DNA of 64,000 bases from assembly GCF_009914755.1 (NCBI RefSeq), contig NC_060935.1, one strand, 5' to 3'. The first letter of the stretch is position 1; every line of letters begins with the position of its first letter. The DNA comes from the human T2T-CHM13v2.0 reference genome, Homo sapiens. Below the pieces are notes generated by a model, which saw only the letters and a program-made list of their open reading frames with translations, was not told the DNA's origin and made no database searches. A program made the position numbers and the translations under genes. This document shows positions 54,276 to 64,000 of this stretch, in pieces.

Positions 54276-56020
54276 AAGAGATGCTAATACCTAAAGCATA
54301 AGTGTAACTGAAATGCTTAGCTTTAAGCCAGGCTGTGCCTTTGTAGACGTAGGGTTATTTAAACTCCTGTAGCATCTTTCTTCAGAGTAATGAGGAACTT
54401 GACAAATAATATAAATATAATTTCATGACTGGCATGCAATAATAATCAAGATAAAGTTTAAATGCCAGGCAAAAGACATATAGCTAGGAGTGCTGCCCAA
54501 TGCCTACCCCAGAGGAAATCAGAGTGGCTCTTTGAGTAAAAGAATGTGAAGTTTCTTTTACTCAAGACCTTTCTGTTTTCTTTCAGTTTGATTTAACAGA
54601 ATTATGAGGGGGGAAAAATGAGAGGAAGTCAGACACACACTATAAATGTTTATACTTATGCAGGTCAGTGTCACCAAGTAGGTTGCAAAGTCTTAGGAGG
54701 GAAATTTGTTCTCATTACCTTTACATGTCTGTAACACTTAGCATAATGTCTGGCATAATGTCTGAGCAATGGTAGGGTGCTCAGGGAATGCAATGATTTT
54801 TCAACCCAAATTTTCCTTTTACCATATTTGTTCATGTGCTTCTTCAATTATATGTTCATGTAATTTTACTTAAATTTTGTTTTGCTTTGGTAATTGAGTA
54901 ATTAAAACAAAGTATGGTGAATTGGAGTTTAATTATCCTTGTGGTATGTTTTAATATCTTCTTAACATAATAATAGTATAATGCCAGTTAAGAAAGTGAA
55001 ACCATCTGGAAAAAGAAGATGGGGTTAATATGTCACAAAAGTATATAATAAAAATTGATTTTCTTATGGGAGTGTATAATATTTGCAAGGCAATTATTTG
55101 CAAGGACTGAGTAGAGTGTAAATGTTGAGTAAATGTATTTTTGGTTATTACTCTTTCTGCTGTCTTTAATACAATTGATGCTTCTGAACATTTCTTCTTC
55201 TATCATGTTGTAAGTACTGAGTTCTTTTCAGTATGTATTTATAGCCTCTTCCAATGTTTTCTGCTATTTTAGAATGATAGTGGTACCAGGCAATATATTA
55301 ACTCTCTTAGTTCAATCCCATTTCATATTTCCCCATTAATCTTGTTCAGGATTTCTGTCAGGATCTTCTCAAATGCATTGTGATAAAGCAGGATTCATAT
55401 CACTGCTTACAAAACTTCATTTGGAATCACAATATTTGTTGGCAGATTCATGTATGTCTCCCAGTGGATTTAACCAGAGCTAGTTCTGACTTATGGAACA
55501 CAGCTTGAATTACAGAAGCCACTATTTACAGACCGAAGAGGTGGATTTCTTTTTTTTCTTCTCTTGTCATAAACATCCAATTTCTTCTACAAGAACAGGC
55601 AAGAATTCTGCGGTTAGGTTCTTGTGGAAAAAAACATAAGGTAATAAGTCAAAAAGAGAAGAAAAAATACAGAAAACGGGACAAAACATGGATAAGAGGC
55701 TTGAAGAACTGCTGATGGGAACCCAAGAAAGCAGGTGGTGGAAAGGACATTTTGCAGAATTGAGTGGATACAGCTGATGAAAAGAGTGGTGTGGCATTAT
55801 CCCAAGATATTGTGGTTACTGCTATCTTATCTGAAACATAATAAATAAATCTAAAATTAAATGTTTCTAAGTCTTGGCATAATGAACAAAGTATAATAAG
55901 ATCTATGGATATTGCAATTGGGACTGACAATGGAGTTTGATGCTCCAGATAATTATTGCCTTCTACATGGTTTACATCTAAAGGAGGTTTTTGAGACGGG
56001 ATTTTTTAATTATTAATGCA

Positions 56021-56426
56021 TGTTTCATGGGCTGAATTGTATCCCCCTCCAAATTCATATGTTGTAAGCCTAACCCCCCGTACATCAGAATATAATTGTA
56101 TTTGGAGATGATCCTTTTGAGATAAGATTAAGTTAAAATGAAGCCATTAGTGTGGTCCCTAATCCAATTTGACTGATGTCCTTATACAAAGGGAATTTGG
56201 ACATACAGAGACACCAGTGGTGCATGTGCACAAAGGAGAGACCATGTGAGGATGGAGGGAGAAGGCAGCCATCTGCTAGCCAAGGATAGAGGCCCCAGAA
56301 GAAACCAAACCTGCTGACAGCCTGATCTTGGACTTCTAATCTCCGGAACTGTGAAAAAGAAATCTCTGCTGTTTAAGTCATCCAGGCTGTGGTGTTTTGT
56401 TATGGCAGCCTTAGCAGACCAATACA
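56021..56426 (+). mobile_element. MLT1B-like LTR
   Basis: ATGGGCTGAATTGT...AAATTCATATGTTG...GAAGAAACCAAACCTGCTGAC...GCAGCCTTAGCAGACCAATACA. Confidence 0.88.
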
Positions 56427-56439
56427 GTAGGCATATAGT

Positions 56440-56858
56440 TTTAAAAGTCAAACAGTTCAGTTAGGCTTAAGAACATCCCACAGCCTCTGGTTCCACCCCC
56501 TGTTCATCCCAATTCTCACTCTCAATGGCAACCACTTTCAGCTGTTTTAGTTGTTTCTTATGGTGTATACTTCTTTATTCTCAAATAGCATTTTATACTA
56601 TTTCTTAATTTTTTATTAAACAATATCTGACTTCCTACTATGGAAGATGAAGATGTAGCTCCCCAACAGCTTATTCCACTATCACAAAACACACCCACCT
56701 ACACGTGTTGCTTCCCCAATATTCACAATAGCGTTGCATCACAATATTTAGTGTTCTCATTTCTATGCCTATTTAAATATTATTTATAGTTGAGCCATGT
56801 AGAACAACGTGATTATATTTGTACCATATGTTGTTCTCCCTGGAGTTAATAATTGCCT
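56440..56858 (-). mobile_element. Old L1M fragment
   Basis: GGCAACCACTTTCAGCTGTTTTAG, TTCCTACTATGGAAGATGA and CCTGGAGTTAATAATTGCCT. Confidence 0.55.
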
Positions 56859-56876
56859 CACAGAATGTACATAAAT

Positions 56877-56945
56877 AGCTTTGCGCAGTGGCAGTATCAT
56901 AGCCAGTGAGGTTTATCTGAAGCACGATTATTACTAATTGAAAAC
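56877..56945 (+). pseudogene. U4 snRNA retropseudogene, 3'-truncated (U4 nt 1-69)
   Basis: AGCTTTGCGCAGTGGCAGTATC...CTAATTGAAAAC matches recalled human U4 at 63/69. 17-bp TSD ACAGAATGT(A/G)CATAAAT at 56860-56876 and 56944-56960. Confidence 0.95.
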
Positions 56946-56960
56946 AGAATGTGCATAAAT

Positions 56961-59339
56961 AACAAGTCAGTTATTCCTCCAGGAAGATCTCGCAAGAAAT
57001 CAAGGCTAGCCTTATCTTTGAAGTATCTCCACAATCATCTGTGGGGTACATAATCTACAGCCGGAGATACTTAAGGCTTTTTATTTTGTGCCTGGTATAA
57101 GATGGCAGATGTGTTGCCACGGCCAGTATAATGATGCCTCTAGGGAGCAACGGTAGCCATCCAGGAGGTACAGGCTTGATCAGACTTTGATTCCAGTCAG
57201 TCTCATCAGAGAATGGTCTTTTCTCCATTGTTAGTCACTGAGGTCAGTGAACGACTCAGACACTTCAATCAACAGCCACAGTTTGTTTACCCTATTTATG
57301 GTCTCAAAGATGGATAACATTACTCTTCCAGTCTGTAGTTTTCCAAGTGTCGAACCAAAAAGCTAGGCCAATGGAAATCACCCAAGAATCAGTAAAATTA
57401 TAACAAGATTTATCAAGGGGAATATTGGCCAAGACTATGAGAACAGCCTTGAGTTCTGCCCACTGAGCCAAGTGGCCACATTCATTTTTGATTTTGCATG
57501 ACTGGCACTTCATATGTACAGCTGCAGCAGTCCAGGGGACATCACTGGGTTTCAGCCCAGCTGAACTATTATTGAACCAGGCCTAGGCATTTATGGGAAC
57601 TGCTAAGCCAGCAATGTGGTTCAGGCAATAGAGTGCCTCCTTTTTACCTAAAGCTCAGATGCTGCTGGGTTCAGGCCAGCTACGTTCTTGAATAAACATT
57701 TCTATCCAACAATTGAGGCTTGCTTGTCTTTTCCACCTTTTAACACAATTGAGTCCAAGTTGACTTACCCCAAAATAGAGACATTAGGCCAGCCACAAGG
57801 CTTCTATGCCTCAGATATTCAGTTTCAGCAAGAATACAGTAATTTACAAGAGCATGTACCTGGTATCTGCATCTAAGAGACAAAGATCTCCAAACCCCTT
57901 AGGGGTGCCTCTGGGTGAAGGCTGTCTCCTTTTGCCAGAGGATCCAATTGGTAAAAATCATCAGTCACAGTCATTTAGCTCAAGGGGTCGTTAGGTTTGT
58001 GAGACACTAAAGGTACTAACACCTCTCTATTTGTGGCTCTTTTGAATTGGGAGATCCCTTATGATATTTATGAACATTCCTAGTACAGGCATACAATACC
58101 AATTATATATTCTGCGTGGAAGCTGCAAAAATAGTACATTAAATTCTCCCAAAGAAATTGACTCACAGCACCACTTTAGCTTCCCTTTCCATGGTGAATT
58201 CCATCCAAACCCCATAGTTGAATTTGGATGTCCCCTCTCCTAAGCAGGACCAGATGGGCTGGTGGGCCCCGTATCCAACAAAGCCTTAAACATTTGATTC
58301 CCTTGCCTCCCCAGCATACTCAGACGTGTGTGTATAACCTTCAGTTCCCCTTGAGGACAAGCTGGCCTCAGCCCTGCCCCTAAACATCTTTTTCCTTAAA
58401 GCAGCTGAAATTGGGGTAGCATGGGATGGAGGGGATATGGAGTGGGGAGAGAGAGGTTGCAGGGAGAAAGGGGTTCTATGCCATGAAAACAAGGCATTGC
58501 TCTCACTTTTCATTTCAATCTATGCAGCCACTAGACTTGTAGACTTCTTTGGGTCAGTTTCTCATTCCCCATGGGACACCTGCATCTGATTACAAGCCAA
58601 ATCCAGGGCAGTAAGAGCCTGACAACTAGTCAATGCCTCATCTATGGTTTCCAACTGGAGCTTGTCTGTCTTAGGGACATCTATCCAAGAGGGACAAAGC
58701 TTCCATACAGCAGCCAATATTCACTGCAAAAATATTCTTAGATATTTTATTGTCTTCTCTGAATGGATCCAGGTTTGTCATGATAGATTGCAGGAGAAGC
58801 TGAGCCTTTAGATGGCCTTGCTCTTGACATTCACCTTTAACAAGAATTGCATGCTTCTCTCATTTTCCAAGCAAATCAGACTAAGTTCTTAAAATTGATT
58901 TGGTTTCGGAAGTCACATATTTCTCGCCTTTCTCACTCAGCGAGGGTTTGCGATTCTGGAACTGTTTTCTGATAGGGAAAAACCTCTGCCTACACAGAGT
59001 GAATCTTCATAATACTTTTAACAGTTGGGCCTACGAACATCCAAATTGTCAAGGAAGTCTCCTGTGCGAAACAGAGTTAACAGCTAGGGCACTATATCGG
59101 CAGCTGTCTTTGACCCTATTTCCTATTCTTTGGTCAGCAACCACCACCCCAGTTCCTTCTCATTAATAGGCAATAAAGTGGAGAACCTTGTATAACCTGG
59201 TTGACATATAGGTTAGTCAACATCTTTGTTATTGATACCTATGGATTTTTTTCCAAATTCTATTAATCAGCTTGTGAGACCTTCATCCTTCCTCATCCAG
59301 AAAGTCCTACCACTCACTGTTCCAGGTGCATTGCCAAAT
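56961..59339 (-). mobile_element. ERVL-class internal region (gag/pro/RNase H/integrase remnants), possibly HERVL40-like
   Basis: Minus-strand protease motif QMFKALLDTG (DTG at 58267-58275). RNase H motifs AQWAELKAV...FTDSW...GLAFWFDTWK (ORF 57304-57513) and DETDWNQ (~57190-57215). PBS-like TGG at 59334-59336. Confidence 0.8.
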
Positions 59340-59405
59340 TGTCAAGAACTGTGATGGATCTCAGACTTTACACTACTGACAAGCTAACAAGTTATCCTGG
59401 CTCCT
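59340..59405 (-). mobile_element. Short 3' remnant of the 5' LTR (LTR40-like)
   Basis: The minus strand ends ...TGACA just before the PBS-like TGG. ACAAGCTAACAAGTTA resembles LTR40 as recalled. Confidence 0.5.
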
Positions 59406-61289
59406 GCTCTAAATCATAAAGTGAAAATGATTTCCACGCTTGGGTAATTCCATAGTTTCTACTTCAAATCAGCAGTTTCCAAAAGTATTTATTCAGACTA
59501 AGAATCAAGAAAATATTGTCATAGTAAAATAATATTTGTTATATATGATACAATATCAAATCAGTGACATTACTTTAGTGGAGATTTTTAAATTATGTTG
59601 CTGATTCATTACTATTAAGCAGAATAGAAAATATTTAGAAGAAAAAAAACAGTAAATTGAAGGAATAACCTGAAGTTGAATTTCTATTTCAAAAAATTTT
59701 CTCATGTTAAATAAACTTATCTTAAAATAAATCTTCTTCATTTCAGAGGTTTACTAAAATGTTCTATAATTTTATTTTACAGTCAGAGGATGATAGAAAA
59801 GAGAATGGTGTGGATATTCTGGTACCACCGTCATTCATAAAAGGAAAAGATAATGAGATCTAAAAAAAACTGTCAAAATTTTCTTCCATTCATCAGTGCT
59901 GCAGAGCTAGAGAAGAAATAGAGCTATGCAGTATAACTGCTGATTATTTTATGATTTCATCACCAAAAGAACAGAAGAGAAATTAATGGGGATACCAAAT
60001 AGGGAAAATATGCATTTATTAAGTCTCCTTACATTTTATTATACTATATAAATATTTTTAAATCAACAACTTCTGGTTAAGTCAATAGACTATCAACTAA
60101 ATTTGCTTTTTATGTATTCAAGGATAAAATAATTAAGCAGATTCTGCCAAACACTTGACATGTTTCTGGTATAAAGTAGAATTTTAGTGCACAATATTTA
60201 AAAACCATGTGGCAAGCACTTTTTATATGTAATGCTTTGTTAAGATACTATCAGTGGGAACAGGGCAGTTTTTTCAGTAGAATTTTTATTGCCATGCTAT
60301 TTTTAGTCATTAAAGATAGGTCCACAAGATCTTATTCCAATCTGACAATTGACATCACAATGTGAATTAAATCAGTTTAGTCATTTTTAAATGCAGCTGA
60401 AGGGGAACAGCTCTGGATATTTCAAACATATTACTGTTTCTCTTTCACAAAATTTAATTTGTTTCTTAACTGAACTAGAGCCTCTGGGCGTTTGTAGAGG
60501 GAAAATAAAACCTCCAAGACTGTTTTATTCTGTATAAAAGCTGCTGTGCTCAGAATGAACCCGGGAAGACATTTAAAGGTGAACAAATGACATAGCCAAG
60601 CATGCATTTCTTATGATGCAGTAGAAACCGTAGTTGGCACATTAACCATCACTACCCCTGTATGTGGTATGTATCCAGATAATTTCATATGTTGGAAATG
60701 CTACCTAGGCAGCACTGGCGGTTCCTACCTGAGACAGCTAATACAGGGTATTATCTGAGGCTGCCAACATGGATGAAAATTATACTTTGGAAAGTTTGCA
60801 CTTAGTCACAATGCAAAATGAGGACAGATTTAAACATGACATTTTGCCAGTCAGGAGACTTTCTAGAAGATGAAAGACTGGTGAAATAAATCTCAATGTT
60901 TTCATAAAAAAAAAAAAAAGAGTATGAGGCTTTCAGACTTTCACTCTTTGTGAGGCCTGTGATTTGATTTTCCATACATGGTGTAACAAAATTTTCAGGA
61001 GGCAGTAATACAATTACTGGGAAATGGGTTAACTGAAATCCTCATAGCCTTATATCTTTGAGGACTACTTCTTATTCCATGGGGTGTCCCAAGATATAAC
61101 TTTTGACATGAGTTTCTTATGTTCAGCTACTTGAAGCACTCCAAATATTCAGAGACAATTTTCAGCCTTACCAGAAAGAATGGCTTGCTGATACTAAAAA
61201 TTAAAAACTTGAAAATAGAGAGGAGAGATAGAGTTCCCAGTATTCCCAGACAGACTTGCAACAGGCAAAGGGGTTGTTTATAGAATCAT

Positions 61290-61520
61290 CTAACAATAAC
61301 AGCTGCTATTTATTGTGTGCTATATCCAGTGATGTATACACACACACACACACACACACACACAAATAGACTGATAATCTCTAATTCTCAGCAGTTCCTA
61401 TTATAACCCTTTTACAGATAGGAATAATGAGGCTCATTAAGACTTAGTAATTTGCAGAAGACCATCTAATCAGTAAGGCAGAGAGCCTTGAACTGAGGAT
61501 ATGTCTAAAATGAGGAACTG
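61290..61520 (-). mobile_element. MIR containing (CA)13 at 61339-61364
   Basis: AACAGCTGCTATTTATTGTGTGC...TTTTACAGATAGG...TGAGGCTCA...AGTAATTTGC. Confidence 0.7.
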
Positions 61521-62419
61521 AAACATCAAGTCCCTTCTGAGCTGACACCCCAACTTCCTGACAATGCAAGATCACTGACTAGCTCTTTAGCAGGAGTTAC
61601 ATGGAGTCAAGAAAAGAAGTATCTCCTCATGTTTCATCTTCTTACTCAGCCAGTCTGCCACAAATTGAGGAGACTTCAGCGGATGGCTGTGGAATGATTT
61701 TAATTACCACCCTTACCTGCCAGTGACAAAAGTGGCAAGGACTGCTAGCTTCCAGGAACAGCCATCGCAATTGTGTTTGTGAAAAGTGAAGGGACTTTGC
61801 CAGGCAGTTTAAATTGAAACATGATCAACTACCCACAGAGAGTTAGTCCTAGTGCCCGAGGGACCACTTAAAGTGGCCTAGCTATAAGAAGACATATTCC
61901 TCCACACTATGTCGACATATACTAACAGAGGTGCTGGTGTCTGTTTGGGGAGAAGTTTGCAGAAAGGGAGAAATGCATGTAATCCATTGGGACTGGTTCC
62001 ACTTTCTGTAGATGATAGAAATTGAAGAGAGAGAAGCAGAAAGCTATTTTATCCATATATAAGTTTAAAATTATAGACTCAAGGAAAGACAGGCATAGGG
62101 AGGGCTGAGTTGGGGAGGCATGTGAATGAATGTGAATTGGAGAAAGAGAAAATGTGCAGAAGAGAGCTGGAAAAGTATAAAAATAGAAGCCTGCAGAAAA
62201 TTATTTTGATCACTATAAAACAAAACTAACAGACTGATAGACCTGGCTAAAATCTAAGCAGTTCATAAATCTGATACTGAAAGGACTGAAAGGACATTTT
62301 CAAAATACTACTTTGATTCTCTATTGCCTGCTGCATGAAACTCAAACCCCTTAGCTTAACATCGAAGATCTTCCAGTGCTCTTGACAATTACGCCATTCT
62401 GTATGCTGAAAATTTCACT

Positions 62420-62850
62420 AGTAAGTTTTCTAAATGGGCAGTGAGGTGACAGACTTGTGTTTTAGAAATATCACTGGTAGCATTATGGATTATTGATGGA
62501 ATAAAATAGGAACCATGGACAGGGTGACTATTTGGGAAACTAGTGCAGTGGCTTGGTCTCAAAGATGATGAGGATATGAACTAAAATAGTGAAAGTGGAC
62601 GTGGGAATTGTGCTGGACTTGGATTTCAAAATGCCAACTAAAATTTATTAAAGTTTATTCAAATACAGAATATTTTGTCTCTAGGCTATTTATGTAGAAC
62701 CTGGAGGCTCCACTTAAGATGAAGACTTGGGAGGAGAAAGACAGACTTTTCTCTGCTGGCTGGCTCATAGCCCCTATAGAGTTGATGATGGCACTAGCCA
62801 TGTAGATGATAAGCTAGATCTCAGCAGGTTTTCTGGTCTTATACACAAGT
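62420..62850 (-). mobile_element. L2 fragment
   Basis: GTGTTTTAGAAATATCACTGGTAGC...AAGATGATGAGG...GAACTAA. Confidence 0.5.
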
Positions 62851-63218
62851 GAGCAGATAGTAGGTGGTCTACTTATGAAATTTCAAAGTGGAAGAAATGT
62901 TTGAAGCTTCTCAGTCATGGATTCTATTCCTCACTTGCAGTTTTATCTACTCAATTGGACATAGGCATAACACATAAAAGGATAGGCAGAAGCCTGGCTT
63001 AAGAGACCTATTCTCCACCCAGGCAAAGGGCCTGTTTGACTCATCTCTGTGGCCTTCCTTTCAACTTTTCTATTATTTCTCTCACTGCCTTAACAGGTAG
63101 TTTTGCTGAATATTGCAGAGAATTATTTTGAAAACCATTTCAACCAAAAGTGTACATGTCACTTTTAGCTAGTGATCTTATCTGTCTTTATCTTAGACTC
63201 CTAAGAGAGGTGAATTAT

Positions 63219-63247
63219 ACACACACGCACACACACACACACACACA
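63219..63247. repeat. (CA)n
   Basis: Seen directly, with one interruption. Confidence 0.9.
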
Positions 63248-63259
63248 TTTTTTATTTAT

Positions 63260-63752
63260 CTATCAACCATGCCAAATGTGGTAACTTTAAAAAGCATTTA
63301 TTATTTCTAATGACTTTTTGTGATGACTTGACTCAGCTGAGTAGTTCTGCTCCTGTGATGATGGCTGGGTCTATACTCATTTGGGTACTTGACTGGGATA
63401 GAATGTCCAAGATGGTTCATTCATATGCCTGGCAAGTTGGTATCAGCTCTCAGCTGGTATCTCCACTGGGTCTATTAACCAATATTCCTTTTTTCTCCTC
63501 CTTGTGGCTTTCTTAAAGCATGACATGTACGTTCCAAGAAGGAGTGTTTCAAAGGATAAGTTCCAGTGTGCAAGCACTTAGCAAATCTTCAATTGCATCT
63601 CTCTTAGCTCCATGTCATTGGTCAAGACTAGTCACAAGGCCAGTGCAGATTAAGGGGAAAGGAAATAAGCTCCATCTCATGACATCAGGAATAGCATGAG
63701 CATACGGGAAAAGGACACTGTTGGGGGCTATCTTTGGAGATGCCTTACTAAA
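63260..63752 (-). mobile_element. Old MLT1 (H/I/J-like) LTR
   Basis: CATTTATTATTTCT...GACTCAGCTGAGTAGTTCT...GTCCAAGATGG...AGTCACAAGGCCAG...CTATCTTTGGAGA. Confidence 0.7.
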
Positions 63753-64000
63753 TACACACACAACACTCATTTGTATGCAGTGTTAAAATGTGCATTTAAA
63801 ATGAATACAAAAATCCTTCCTGTGTTACAATATTCATACATAACAATTCATGCTCAGAATATTGTCCCCATACTCATCACGTAAAGGGAGAAACATTATA
63901 AAGTGTCGTGGGTATTAAAGCGAGTGCCTCTGATAAATTGTGGATTGTCCACAGACTCTTCTCTATTGTAGGAAATCAAGGAATGAGCAACCATTGAGAT

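Noticed and set aside
60530-60545. TATAAAAG box
   Set aside because: An isolated motif with no other promoter evidence.

Overview
AT-rich, CpG-depleted primate genomic DNA. AluY-type and L1PA2-type elements point to human or another great ape. I cannot name the locus, and I find no supportable protein-coding exon or CpG island. The ORF track is chance ORFs plus translations of Alu, L1, MaLR, microsatellite and ERVL remnants. The window reads as intronic or intergenic, filled with MIR, L2, L3, old L1M, Alu, MaLR LTRs, DNA transposons, an internally deleted ERVL-class provirus remnant and a 3'-truncated U4 snRNA retrocopy. The most unusual items are: (1) a 5'-inverted L1PA2-like mini-insertion nested inside another 5'-inverted L1PA4/5 insertion, each with its own TSD (11028-12050); (2) a 39-bp tailless young-L1 snippet with no TSD inside an ancient hAT element (27338-27376); (3) a near-perfect 34-bp inverted repeat in unique DNA (14120-14231); (4) a 23-bp exact repeat 4.5 kb apart, coupled to a fold-back (908-963 and 5431-5461); (5) a perfect 63-bp tandem duplication (26005-26132). 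I see traces of retrotransposition and DNA repair plus candidate regulatory elements, not a new gene system. Repeat subfamily names come from recalled consensus sequences, and boundaries of old repeats are approximate.
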